From Candidatus Latescibacterota bacterium (GTDB lineage: Bacteria; Latescibacterota; UBA2968; UBA8231): a stretch of 64,000 nucleotides of DNA. Each line of letters starts with the position of its first letter. Positions within the stretch are counted from its first letter, which is position 1. The stretch is from assembly GCA_965243025.1 (NCBI GenBank), contig CBDETY010000003.1, positions 2,752,001-2,816,000 on the forward strand, in the 5' to 3' direction. Below are positions 9,400-19,055 of the stretch, one piece after another. Under the pieces are notes generated by a model, which was not told where the DNA came from, made no database searches, and was given only the letters and a program-made list of their open reading frames with translations. The position numbers and the translations under genes are program-made.

Positions 9400-11634
9400 C
9401 TAAGCCGGGGTTCGCCGAAACACCACCGCAGCGAGCGGCGGCAGGGTGACCGGCGCCGACCAGTCCAGGCCGTGCCAGGGATGGGGGATCGCTTCCAGCC
9501 CGCTGGGATTCCCGGCGCCGCTGCCCCAGTAGGCCTCGGCGTCGGTGTTGAGCAGCTCCTCGTAACGGCCTGGCAGCGGCAGCCCCAGCCGGTAGTCCCG
9601 GCGTATCGCCGCGGAGAAGTTGAACGCGAACACGAGCTCTCCGTCGGCCGCCTCGTCCGACCGGCGACGGAACGACAGCACGCTGTTGTCGGCGTCGCGG
9701 CAGTCGATCCACTCGAAGCCGCAGGGTTCGGCGTCGAGGCGGTGGAGGGACGGCGACTCCCGGTAGAGGGCATTGAGGTCCCCGGCGAGACGCTGGATTC
9801 CCCGGTGGGGGGCGTGCTCGAGCAGGTGCCAGTCGAGCACCCGGTCGCAGTCCCACTCCGACCACTGGCCGAACTCCCCTCCCATGAACAGCAGCTTCTT
9901 TCCAGGGTGTCCGTACATGAAAGCGAGGAGCAGCCGCAGGTTGGCGAAGCGCTCCCGATCGCTTCCCGGCATGCGCCCCAGCAGCGATCCCTTGCCGTGA
10001 ACGACCTCGTCGTGCGACAGCGGCAGCACGAAGTTCTCGGAACAGGCGTAGAGCATGCCGAAGGTGAGGTCGGACTGGTGACACCTTCGCTCCGCCGGAT
10101 CCCGCGACATGTAGCGCAGGACGTCGTTCATCCAGCCCATGTTCCACTTGTACCCGAACCCGAGCCCCCCTTCGGCGGGGGGCCGCGAAACCCCGGGCCA
10201 GGAGGTCGACTCCTCGGCGACAATCAGGGCTCCGGGAAAGCGCTCCTGAATCGCGCCGTTCATCCGCCTGATGAAATCGATCGCCTCGAGATTCTCCCTG
10301 CCCCCCTCGGCGTTGGGGATCCACTCCCCTTCCCGGCGCGAGTAGTCGCGATAGAGCATCGAGGAAACGGCGTCGACGCGCAGGCCGTCGACGTGATAGC
10401 GGTCGAACCAGAAGCGGGCGTTTGAGACCAGGAAGCTCACGACTTCGCGGCGCCCGAAGTTGAAGATCGAGGTCCCCCAGTCCGGGTGCCGCCCCAGGCG
10501 CGGGTCGGCGTGCTCGTACAGGTGGGTTCCGTCGAAGCGGGCAAGGCCGTGGCCGTCGTCGGGAAAATGGCCCGGCACCCAGTCGATGATGACGCCGATG
10601 CCGCGGCGGTGGCACAGATCGACGAACCAGGCGAAATCCGCCGGCTCTCCGTAACGGGCGGTCGGGGCGAAGTAGCCGGAAACCTGGTATCCCCAGGAGC
10701 CCCCGAAGGGGTGCTCGGCGACCGGCATCAGCTCGAGGTGGGTGTAGCCGAGACCGGCGACGTACTCGACAAGCTCCTGCGCCAGTTCGCGGTACCCGGG
10801 GGTGCGCCCCTTCTCCCCGCCGCGCCAGGAGCCGAGGTGGACCTCGTAAATGGCCAGCGGCTCCCGCAGCCAGTCGCGCTCGCCGCGGCGGCTCATCCAG
10901 TCGGCGTCGCTCCATTCGAAAGCGGTGACGTCGCAGACCACCGACGCGGTGGCCGGCGGCGCCTCGGTCCGGAAGGCGCAGGGGTCGGCCTTGAGCAGGA
11001 GGTCGCCGTCCGCGGTCCTGATCTCGTACTTGTAGACCGCCCCGGCGCCGAGGTGGGGTACGAACAGCTCCCAGATGCCGGAGACGCCGCGGTGGCGCAT
11101 CGGGTGGCGCCTGCCGTCCCAGCCGTTGAAGTCCCCCACGACGCTGACCCGGGAGGCGGCAGGAGCCCAGAGGGCGAACGCCACCCCCCCACAGCCGCAG
11201 AGGGTGCGCTGGTGGGCTCCCAGGAAGCCGTCCGCCTGGAGGTGGGTGCCCTCGTTGAACAGGTACCGGTCGCACTCGCCTGTGAGGAGGGGAAAGGAAT
11301 AGGGGTCCCGCTCTACCGCCACCTCTCCCCCGCCGCCGGTGATCTCGAGCTCGTAGGGGAAAGGGTCGCGCCCGGCGATTTCCGCCTCGAACAGACCTTC
11401 GGCGTGGATGCGCCTGCTCTCGAAGCGGGCGCCGTCGGGGGAGCGGACGGTCACCGCGCGGGCATCGGGCCGGAAGACGCGCACTCCCAGGGCGCCGTCC
11501 GGCCGCGGATGCATCCCGAGAAAGGAGAAGGGGTCGTCGTGCTCGGCGGCGAGCAGAAGCCGTACGTCCGGCGGCCGCTCCCGCTCGCCTGCTTCGCTCC
11601 GTCCGCCGGGGCGCTGGGGACCGCGCGAGGCCAT
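9400..11634 (-). CDS. glgB: 1,4-alpha-glucan branching enzyme (GH13)
   Basis: FALWAP, IYEVHLGSW, SWGYQVSGYFAPT, DWVPGHF, DGLRVDAVSSMLY, AEEST, LSHDEVVHGK. Confidence 0.96.
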   Translation of the reverse strand: MASRGPQRPGGRSEAGERERPPDVRLLLAAEHDDPFSFLGMHPRPDGALGVRVFRPDARAVTVRSPDGARFESRRIHAEGLFEAEIAGRDPFPYELEITGGGGEVAVERDPYSFPLLTGECDRYLFNEGTHLQADGFLGAHQRTLCGCGGVAFALWAPAASRVSVVGDFNGWDGRRHPMRHRGVSGIWELFVPHLGAGAVYKYEIRTADGDLLLKADPCAFRTEAPPATASVVCDVTAFEWSDADWMSRRGERDWLREPLAIYEVHLGSWRGGEKGRTPGYRELAQELVEYVAGLGYTHLELMPVAEHPFGGSWGYQVSGYFAPTARYGEPADFAWFVDLCHRRGIGVIIDWVPGHFPDDGHGLARFDGTHLYEHADPRLGRHPDWGTSIFNFGRREVVSFLVSNARFWFDRYHVDGLRVDAVSSMLYRDYSRREGEWIPNAEGGRENLEAIDFIRRMNGAIQERFPGALIVAEESTSWPGVSRPPAEGGLGFGYKWNMGWMNDVLRYMSRDPAERRCHQSDLTFGMLYACSENFVLPLSHDEVVHGKGSLLGRMPGSDRERFANLRLLLAFMYGHPGKKLLFMGGEFGQWSEWDCDRVLDWHLLEHAPHRGIQRLAGDLNALYRESPSLHRLDAEPCGFEWIDCRDADNSVLSFRRRSDEAADGELVFAFNFSAAIRRDYRLGLPLPGRYEELLNTDAEAYWGSGAGNPSGLEAIPHPWHGLDWSAPVTLPPLAAVVFRRTPA

Positions 11635-11647
11635 CGGATGGGGTCGG

Positions 11648-12001
11648 TCAGTCGCGGACGGGTGCCGGCTTCCGGGGCTCCGCCGGGGCGCGGTTCCCGC
11701 CGGAGCAGCAGTCGCTCCCGCCTTGGGAGACCGATGTACCGGCCCCACCGGGACGGGGCTGTCCCCCACCTCTGGCGAACAGCGCGATCAGCGACGGTGC
11801 GGCGAGGCCGGCCAGGGCTGCGCCCGCGGCGGTCCAGCCGGCAAGGGAGATGCTGTCCGGAATGATGTGGAGCAGCGCCAGACCAGCCACTGCGACGACG
11901 GCGAATCCGTCGAGGGCGGCCAGCAGCGAGCGCCCCCCGCGGGCGAGCTGGTACAGCAGGGGGCCCGCGGCCACGGCGATCAGCCCGGGAACCAGGAGCA
12001 T
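11648..12001 (-). CDS. Short membrane protein resembling the N-terminus of a ZIP-like metal permease; possibly truncated
   Basis: GPLLYQLAR...LDGFAVVAVAGLALLHIIPDS resembles ZIP-like TM1-2 (LLHxxPE/D). Only about 3 TM segments, then a low-complexity tail. Confidence 0.45.
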   Translation of the reverse strand: MLLVPGLIAVAAGPLLYQLARGGRSLLAALDGFAVVAVAGLALLHIIPDSISLAGWTAAGAALAGLAAPSLIALFARGGGQPRPGGAGTSVSQGGSDCCSGGNRAPAEPRKPAPVRD

Positions 12002-12312
12002 CTGCGAGGGTTGGTTATACAACTGGATTACCTGATCGGAATCGGTCAGAGATGAGACGGCTTTGCACTGGGCCGGAAACCGCCGGGATCCCGGGAAACA
12101 GCGAAGGTCAGTTTCCCATCCGCGGCAGCAGACCTCTGCACGTTCCCGCCGGCGCCGTGGCTAATGTACTTGCCCACCTCCCGGCCTGCCATCAGCAGCC
12201 CGTTGACGGACTGCCAGGGATTTGCCGGGCGGGAAACCGGGGTGTTATCATCATTGTCCTGCCCCGCTGCTCCCCCCACCCGTGCCATGCTCCACAAATC
12301 GCCGAACCTGTC

Positions 12313-13638
12313 GTGAAACCTGAACGCCTCGCCGGCTGGGGCAATCACCCCGTCATCGAGGGAGAGAGAAGGAAGGCGCGCTCCCTGCGGGACCTCGTGC
12401 GCCTGGGGCACCGGTCCGAACCGGTTCTGCCGCAGGGGAACTGCCGCAGCTACGGCGACGCCTGCCTGTTCCCCTCGGTGGTGTCGACGCTCAGCCTCGA
12501 CCGCCTGCTGTCGTTCGACCCGGAAACGGGAGTGCTGCGCGCCGAGGCGGGTGTCACCCTCGAGAAGATCATCCGCTTCTCCCTGCCCCTCGGCTGGTTT
12601 CTCCCGGTGACCCCCGGGACCAAGTTCCCCACCCTCGGGGGCTGCATCGCCGCCGACATCCACGGCAAGAACCACCACCGCGACGGCTGCCTGAGCAACT
12701 TCGTCGACGAGCTCGAGATGGCAATCCCCGACGGCACCGTCATCCGCTGCTCCCGGAACGACCACCACGAACTCTTCCGGGCCACCTTCGGCGGCATGGG
12801 TCTCACCGGCTTCGTGTACGCCGCGTCCCTGCGCCTGCGCAAGGTCTCCAGCTCCTTCCTGAGAACCTGCACGGTCAGGGCAGGGAGCCTGGCGGAAACC
12901 TGCAAGATCCTCGTCGACACGCAGGAGGAGTGCCTCTACTCGGTCGCCTGGATCGACTGCCTGTCCCGGCGCCCCGGGCGCGGTCTGGTCTCTCTCGGCA
13001 GGCACGCGGACGCGGCCGAGGTCCGGGGTGATCCGGTGGTCCTGCACCGGCCGTCCCGCCTCGGCCTGCCCCTGCCGCTGCCCGGTCGGTTGGTAAACCG
13101 GCTGACGGGGCGGCTGTTCAACGCGGCCTACTACCGCCGGCAATGGCGCCGCCAGGTCGACGCCCTGACCCACTACGAACCCTTCTTCTACCCCCTCGAC
13201 GCGGTCGGCAACTGGAACCGGGCCTACGGCCGCCGCGGGTTCATCCAGTACCAGTTCGCCGTCCCGTTCGCCGGCGGCGAGGCTGTTCTCGAAGAGTTCA
13301 TCACCCGTCTCGCCGAAGGCAAGCACCCAGTCACCCTGGCCGTGCTGAAGACCTTCGGGCAGGAGGGGGAGGGGCCGCTCTCCTTTCCGCTGCCGGGGTT
13401 CACGCTCGCCCTCGACCTGCCGTTCGGTGACGGCGGCGTGATCGCCGCGCTGCGCGGGCTCACCTCCCTGGTGACGGAGGCCGGGGGAAGGGTCTACCTC
13501 GCCAAGGACGCGGTCCTCGAGCCGGAGCAGTTTCGCCGCATGTACCCGCGGCTCGACGAGTTCCAGCGCGTCAAGCAGCAGTTCGACCCGCACGGGCGGC
13601 TGCGCTCGCTGCAGTCGGACCGCCTGGGGCTGACGTGA
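12313..13638 (+). CDS. FAD-binding oxidoreductase, DprE1-like (polyprenylphosphoryl-ribose oxidase family)
   Basis: LAGWGN start, RSYGDA, LPVTPGTKFPTLGGCIAADIHGKNHH, YSVAWID, FFYPLD, GFIQYQF, GRVYLAKD. Confidence 0.88.
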   Translation: MKPERLAGWGNHPVIEGERRKARSLRDLVRLGHRSEPVLPQGNCRSYGDACLFPSVVSTLSLDRLLSFDPETGVLRAEAGVTLEKIIRFSLPLGWFLPVTPGTKFPTLGGCIAADIHGKNHHRDGCLSNFVDELEMAIPDGTVIRCSRNDHHELFRATFGGMGLTGFVYAASLRLRKVSSSFLRTCTVRAGSLAETCKILVDTQEECLYSVAWIDCLSRRPGRGLVSLGRHADAAEVRGDPVVLHRPSRLGLPLPLPGRLVNRLTGRLFNAAYYRRQWRRQVDALTHYEPFFYPLDAVGNWNRAYGRRGFIQYQFAVPFAGGEAVLEEFITRLAEGKHPVTLAVLKTFGQEGEGPLSFPLPGFTLALDLPFGDGGVIAALRGLTSLVTEAGGRVYLAKDAVLEPEQFRRMYPRLDEFQRVKQQFDPHGRLRSLQSDRLGLT

Positions 13639-14372
13639 AACGGGCTCTCGTACTCGGCGCGCGCTCCGAGATCGCCCAGGCCCTCGCCCGGCGCCTGGCC
13701 GATGAAGGGTGGAGCCTCGTGCTGGCGGCGCGGCGCGCCGAGGAGCTGCAGCCCCTGGCCAGCGACCTCGAGCTCACCCAGAACTGCGAGGCGACCCTGC
13801 TCGAGTTCGACGCCCTTCAGACCACCCAGCTTCCCGGACTCGCCGCGAGGGTGCGGGAAGCGGCCGGCGAGTTCGACCTCGTCCTTCTCGTGTTCGGCTA
13901 CATGGGAGACCAGGAACGGGTGCGCCGCGACCCCGGGGAGATGGCGCGCACCCTGGAGACCAACTTCACCGCCGCGGCCCTGACTCTCGGCCACCTCGCC
14001 AACTACCTCGAGGAAAGGGGAAGCGGCGGGATCATCGCCGTCACCTCGGTCGCCGGAGACCGGGGGCGCCGGTCGAACTACGTGTACGGCGCCGCCAAGG
14101 GGGGCCTCGGCCTGTTCCTGCAGGGCCTGCGCAACCGGCTGCATCCCGCCGGGGTCCACGTGCTCACGGCAAAGCCGGGATTCGTCGACACGGCGATGAC
14201 CGAAGGGCTGGACGGGCTGTTTCTCGTCGCCTCTCCCGACCGCGTCGCCGGCGACATCCTGCGCGCCTGGAGGAAACGCCGCGACGTCGTCTACACCCCC
14301 TGGTTCTGGCGCTGGATCATGCTCGCGGTGCGCATGCTGCCGGAGCGGATCTTCAAGAAGCTGTCGCTGTAG
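13635..14372 (+). CDS. SDR oxidoreductase, DprE2-like
   Basis: LGARSEIA, SVAGDRGRRSNYVYGAAKGG (YxxxK), KPGFVDTAMT. GTGA overlap with the DprE1-like gene. Confidence 0.88.
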   Translation: MKRALVLGARSEIAQALARRLADEGWSLVLAARRAEELQPLASDLELTQNCEATLLEFDALQTTQLPGLAARVREAAGEFDLVLLVFGYMGDQERVRRDPGEMARTLETNFTAAALTLGHLANYLEERGSGGIIAVTSVAGDRGRRSNYVYGAAKGGLGLFLQGLRNRLHPAGVHVLTAKPGFVDTAMTEGLDGLFLVASPDRVAGDILRAWRKRRDVVYTPWFWRWIMLAVRMLPERIFKKLSL

Positions 14373-14562
14373 CGCCCCGGGACCCGGACAATCCGCCGCT
14401 ACCGGGTTTCTTCGAGCCGAACCGTAAAAAACCGACCAGAACCAGTTGGCCCACTAAAGAGCCGGGCCGTGTCTCCTGTCCCCCGGCCGGGGCACCGGGG
14501 CGGGCCGGACCGCTCGTCCAGCCGTTCTCAGCCGGCCGGGCGGTTTCTCCCCATCCGGGTTC

Positions 14563-16695
14563 TCAGTCCGACCCCCGCAGCCGCTCGCCGAGGGCGGTAT
14601 AGCGCCTGGCGACCTCGTCGTTGGAAATCGCCCGCCCCAGGGCCCTCCTGCCGCCGACGACGACCAGCAGGGAGCGGGCCCGCGTGATCGCCGTGTACAG
14701 CAGGTTCCGCTGCAGCATCGGGTAATGCTGCGTGGTCAGGGGCAGCACGACGACGGGAAATTCAGATCCCTGGGCGCGGTGAACGCTGACGGCGTACGCC
14801 GGCACGATCTCGTCGAGGGAGTTGGCCCCGTACTCGCACGAGACGCCGCTGTCGAAGCGCACCCGGACCGAGCCTTCCTCCGCGTCGAAAGCGAGGATGC
14901 GCCCGAGGTCGCCGTTGAAGACGGCGCGCTCGTAGTTGTTGCGCACCTGCAGCACCTTGTCGCCGACGCGAAGCTCCCGCTCCCCCTTCCGGCAGACCTT
15001 GCCGCCCGGGTTGAGCCGCTGCTGCAGCAGGCGGTTGAGGTTGATGGCCCCGGTCTCCCCCCGGTACATCGGGCTCAGCACCTGGATGTCGCCGACAGGG
15101 TCGTAGCCGCCGTGGGCGGGCAGGCGGCGGCCGACGAGGTCGGAGATCAGGGCCGCGGCTTCGGGGGGATCCTCCTCCTCGAGGAAGAAGAAGTCGCCGT
15201 CGCGGTTGTTGCTCAGCTCCGGCCAGTCGCCGGCGTTGATGCGGTGGGCGTTGACGACGATGCGGCTGCGCCGCTCCTGGCGGTGGATCTCGGTCAGCAG
15301 CGCAACCGGAACGCGCCCCGAGGAGATGATGTCCCCCATGACGTTCCCCGGCCCCACCGACGGCAGCTGGTCGGCGTCCCCGGCCAGAAGCAGGCGGACC
15401 TGCGGCGACAGGGCGCGCAGCAGGGCGTGCATCAGCGGGACGTCGATCATCGAGGTCTCGTCGACGATGACGGCGTCGGCCTCGACCGGGTCGTTGCGGC
15501 CGCGGCGGAACCTGCCTTCGGCGGGCATGAACTCCAGCAGCCGGTGGATGGTTTTCGCCTCGCGGCCGGTCGCCTCGGCGAGCCGCTTCGCCGCCCGCCC
15601 CGTGGGGGAACAGAGAGCGACCCGCAGACCCGCTTTCTCGAAATGGCGCAGGATCACCCGGGTAACCGTCGTCTTCCCGGTCCCGGGACCGCCGGTCAGA
15701 ACCATCACCTTCTCCCGCAGAGCGGTCTCGACCGCCCGGCGCTGACTGGGACTGAGGTCCAGTTCGGTCGCCGGATCTTCGCCGAACTCCGCCCCGGCCC
15801 CTTCGGTCCGCAGCAGCCGTTCCAGGGACGCGGCGACCTTCACCTCGGAGTGGTAGAGGTACGGCAGGAAGCAGCGCTCCTGGTCGCGGACGATCTGCCG
15901 GTCCTCCTCGAGGGCCTCCAGGGCCGCCGGGAACAGCTCGGCGCCGACCTGAAGGAGCTCGCTCCCCTTCTCGACGACCTCGGCCTGCGGCAGGAACACG
16001 TGCCCCTCCCCGGCCGCCGACTCCAGCAGGTAGCCGATCCCCGCCTGGATCCTCTGCGGGGCGTCGCGCGCGATCCCGAGCTGCGAAGCGACGGCGTCGG
16101 CGGTCACGAACCCGATGCCGTCGATGTCGCGCTGCAGCCGGTAGGGATTCTCGCTGACCTTCGCGATCGCCTCCTGCTCGTATTTCCGGAAGATCTTCAC
16201 CGCCGCCGCCGAACCGACTCCGTGCGACTGCAGGAAGACCATCGCATCCCTCATGCGGCGCTGCCCCGACCATGCCCGCGCCAGCATCCCCGCCCGCTTG
16301 CGGCCCAGTCCCGGCACCTCGAGCAGGCGCCGGGGTTCCCTGTCGAGCACCTCGAGGGTGTCCCGGCCGAATCGGGCGACGATGCGCTCGGCGAACTTCT
16401 TCCCCACTCCTTTGACCAGCCCCGAGGAAAGGAACCGTCGGATCCCCTCCTCGGTGGTGGGAAAGACCGCCCGGCAGGACTCGACCTTGAGCTGCCTGCC
16501 GTACTTCGGATGGTCTTCCCAGGCGCCGGTGACCTCGACGGTCTGCCCCTCGGCGATCCCGGTCATGACCCCGACCACCGTTATCCCCTCGGGAGCTTTC
16601 TTTTCTTCCGTCTCCGGCTCGACCTGGGCGATCGTGTAACCGTTGTCGGGATTGTGGAAGGTGATGCGGCGGACGAGGCCGGTGGCGGTCTGCAT
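14563..16695 (-). CDS. recD2: ATP-dependent RecD2-like DNA helicase
   Basis: N-terminal OB/HhH domain (HPKYGRQL, KGVGKKFAERIV), Walker A GGPGTGKTT, VDETSMID, GDADQLPSVGPG, YAVSVHRAQGSEF, LLYTAITRA. Confidence 0.95.
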   Translation of the reverse strand: MQTATGLVRRITFHNPDNGYTIAQVEPETEEKKAPEGITVVGVMTGIAEGQTVEVTGAWEDHPKYGRQLKVESCRAVFPTTEEGIRRFLSSGLVKGVGKKFAERIVARFGRDTLEVLDREPRRLLEVPGLGRKRAGMLARAWSGQRRMRDAMVFLQSHGVGSAAAVKIFRKYEQEAIAKVSENPYRLQRDIDGIGFVTADAVASQLGIARDAPQRIQAGIGYLLESAAGEGHVFLPQAEVVEKGSELLQVGAELFPAALEALEEDRQIVRDQERCFLPYLYHSEVKVAASLERLLRTEGAGAEFGEDPATELDLSPSQRRAVETALREKVMVLTGGPGTGKTTVTRVILRHFEKAGLRVALCSPTGRAAKRLAEATGREAKTIHRLLEFMPAEGRFRRGRNDPVEADAVIVDETSMIDVPLMHALLRALSPQVRLLLAGDADQLPSVGPGNVMGDIISSGRVPVALLTEIHRQERRSRIVVNAHRINAGDWPELSNNRDGDFFFLEEEDPPEAAALISDLVGRRLPAHGGYDPVGDIQVLSPMYRGETGAINLNRLLQQRLNPGGKVCRKGERELRVGDKVLQVRNNYERAVFNGDLGRILAFDAEEGSVRVRFDSGVSCEYGANSLDEIVPAYAVSVHRAQGSEFPVVVLPLTTQHYPMLQRNLLYTAITRARSLLVVVGGRRALGRAISNDEVARRYTALGERLRGSD

Positions 16696-16700
16696 GGAGG

Positions 16701-17297
16701 TCAGCCGAAATGGGGCAGGAGGAGGGCGGGCACCAGGGCCCCGAGCAGAATCCCGGCAAGGACCTGCGCGACCGTGTGCGCCCCGAGCCGCAGGCGCGCC
16801 CAGGCGGCGAGCGGGGGGGCGGCGAGCAGGGGCCACAGCCCGGCGCCGCCCGCGGTCATCAGGACGAACACCCCCGCGGCGGCCCCGACCGAGTGAATGC
16901 TGATCTTCCAGAAGCGGTCGACGACGCGGACAGCCGCCGCCGCCACGGTGATCGAGGCGGCGCTCCAGGTGATTACCGGGGCGGCATCCATCGCGGCAAG
17001 AACCAGGAATCCCGCCAGGTAGCAGGCAGTTCCCATCAGGAGGATGCGCTGCCTGAGGAACGGCTCGGGATCGTACACGTCCTCAAGGCCGCGGCGGCGC
17101 AGCAGCACCATGACCGCGCAGGGCAGCAGGGTGAAAAGGAAGAGAGCGGTCCCCAGGGCTTTCCAGTCGGCCTCGCCCGGGCGCAGAATCGCCAGTCCGG
17201 AGAACACCCAGACGGCCATCGCCGCCGGACTGAACAGGTGCGACAGAAACCTGGCGAGCCCGCGCCGCCAGTCGGAACCCCCGGTCATGTCTGTCAT
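16701..17297 (-). CDS. Multi-pass membrane protein, PAP2-like
   Basis: About 6 TM segments with FWKISIH and WARLRLGAHTVAQVLAG, matching PAP2-type C2/C3-like motifs. Confidence 0.65.
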   Translation of the reverse strand: MTDMTGGSDWRRGLARFLSHLFSPAAMAVWVFSGLAILRPGEADWKALGTALFLFTLLPCAVMVLLRRRGLEDVYDPEPFLRQRILLMGTACYLAGFLVLAAMDAAPVITWSAASITVAAAAVRVVDRFWKISIHSVGAAAGVFVLMTAGGAGLWPLLAAPPLAAWARLRLGAHTVAQVLAGILLGALVPALLLPHFG

Positions 17298-17662
17298 TCC
17301 CGACCCCGGGACCGTGTCGATAAAATGGAGTGGCGGGGGCAGGGGTGCGCCGCGGTCGACCGCGGCGGATAGAGGGAAGAGCCGGGCGAGCCAACCGCGC
17401 GACTGTCGTCGTCGGCGCCGGTCCCGAGCCTGAAAAACCGGGGAGGAGCGGCCGTCGAAGCATCGGCGAACGGGCGATTCTCCTCCTCGCCGGGAGTTAA
17501 AACCGGAACTTGCGGGGGAAGGCACTGTTTCTCCCGCTTCCCGCCGCCGGCGGCCGGCGCTCCGAAGAAATCCGGACAACCGGCAGTCCGCATGCGCCCC
17601 GGATTACAGATCGGCCTGCGGCGGATCTGGCGGTATCTCCGACAGGTCCTCCCGCCCGCTTC

Positions 17663-18097
17663 TCACTTCTCCCACTTCTTGCCGCTCGCATTCGCCCTGG
17701 AGTACTGCTTCCGCTCGGAGCTTTCCGCCCCCTCGAGGACGAAGCCGACAAAGCGCTTCTGCCCCAGCGTCTTCAGGTACTGCAGCAGCGACACTTCCGC
17801 CTCCTTGCGGTCGAGCTTGTACTTGTCGCGCAGCTCCTCGATCATCTGCCCGACCGAGGTGCGGCCGTTGCACATCTGCCAGATATCGGTACCGACCTCA
17901 TCGAGAGTGATGGTGCGCTTCCTGGGGACGTAGAAAAGCTTGGAAAGCAGCCGCACCTTCCAGGAGTCGATGCGGGTGACGGTTATGCGGACCTCGCCGC
18001 TCTCCGTCTTATCCCACTTGAGCAGGTCGTTTCGCGCCGGACGCGAGTTGAGCATCGCCTCGCGCGTCAGCTTCGGTTTCTTGCGGGTGGCAAACAT
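17663..18097 (-). CDS. PqqD-family protein (RiPP recognition element, winged-helix)
   Basis: ITLDEVGTDIWQMCNGRTSVGQMIEELRDKY...SLLQYLKTLGQKRFV matches the PqqD pattern LNxxGxxIWxxxDGxxSVxxI. Confidence 0.85.
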   Translation of the reverse strand: MFATRKKPKLTREAMLNSRPARNDLLKWDKTESGEVRITVTRIDSWKVRLLSKLFYVPRKRTITLDEVGTDIWQMCNGRTSVGQMIEELRDKYKLDRKEAEVSLLQYLKTLGQKRFVGFVLEGAESSERKQYSRANASGKKWEK

Positions 18098-19034
18098 AGG
18101 CGGCGCTCAGGCGGTCGGTGAGGTCGTCCCGCTCCTTCTGCCTCTTGTAAAGGTGTTCGACGACGCAGATGCGGTTGCCCTCCTCGCAGTGCCAGACGAG
18201 GGCGTCGAGGTGTTGGCGGGGGCGCGGGTTGAGCAGCGGCAGGGGCCGCAGCAGCTGGCGAAAGCGGCTGCGCGGCCGCCCCGTAACCCGCAGTCCCCGG
18301 TGATCTCCCACTTCGGTCCCGGCGATATCGAAGTTGAAATCGCGCAGCTGCTTGCGGAAGAAGTTGGGGTACCACTCCTGAAGGGTCGTGCCCTTGAGCA
18401 GCATCTGCGCCATGCTGAGGCGCTGCACCCGGCAGCTGTGGTTCTTCCTCTCGAAGGTCATCTGGATGTTGCCGGACTTGAGCTCGTGCTTCGAGAGATT
18501 GAAATCCTCGGGCACCCGGAAGGACATGCCGTAGACGCTCCAGTAGCGCTGCCCGTCGCCGCTGTGGCAGACGACGGAGCGGAAGACGAGGTCGGCGAGC
18601 TCTTCGAGGTTCTCGGTGAGCCGGGCGAGGACCCGCAGCAGGAGAATGCGCCCGCAGACAGGGCAGGCGCGCGCCAGGTTGTAGGCGAGGTAGTCGGCGC
18701 GCCAGGTGAAGGCCTCGTACTCCGAGCCCTCGAGCCAGCGCTTGTCGCGCAGGAACTTCGCCTGCCGGGTCACGGAGAACGGGGTGTCCATCTTCTCCGC
18801 CTTCTTCTCGAGCTTGTCGAGGTAACGCTCCACGAGGTCGGGGACCGGCAGTCTGCGCCCCCGCTCCGGGGTCTCCCGCCACTCGACCTCGGCGCGGACG
18901 ATCTCGGCGTCGTCGAGGCGGGCGTAGCCGCTCTTCGCGTCGCCGTCGACCTTGCCGAGGTTCCACTCGTCCGGAACGCGCAGGAAGATCCCCTGCCATC
19001 CGAAGTCCGCCCACTCGACTCCACGGTCAGCCAT
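18009..19034 (-). CDS. Hypothetical cytoplasmic protein with two internal repeats and Cys/His motifs
   Basis: Host-like codon usage, tightly coupled to both neighbours. Repeats FGWQGIFLRVPDEWNL and WSVYGMSFRVPEDFNL, each half ending in V-C-H. Confidence 0.8.
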   Translation of the reverse strand: MADRGVEWADFGWQGIFLRVPDEWNLGKVDGDAKSGYARLDDAEIVRAEVEWRETPERGRRLPVPDLVERYLDKLEKKAEKMDTPFSVTRQAKFLRDKRWLEGSEYEAFTWRADYLAYNLARACPVCGRILLLRVLARLTENLEELADLVFRSVVCHSGDGQRYWSVYGMSFRVPEDFNLSKHELKSGNIQMTFERKNHSCRVQRLSMAQMLLKGTTLQEWYPNFFRKQLRDFNFDIAGTEVGDHRGLRVTGRPRSRFRQLLRPLPLLNPRPRQHLDALVWHCEEGNRICVVEHLYKRQKERDDLTDRLSAAYVCHPQETEADARGDAQLASGAKRPAQVG

Positions 19035-19055
19035 TGGCAACGCACATGTGGGGGA

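Noticed and set aside
12030-12220. Cobalamin or other riboswitch in the intergenic region
   Set aside because: GGGAA elements are present, but the B12-box and other conserved cores could not be matched by eye on either strand.
17663-18097. PQQ biosynthesis or a classical RiPP cluster
   Set aside because: No pqqA/B/C/E, radical SAM/SPASM, lasso cyclase, YcaO or lanthipeptide enzyme in the window.
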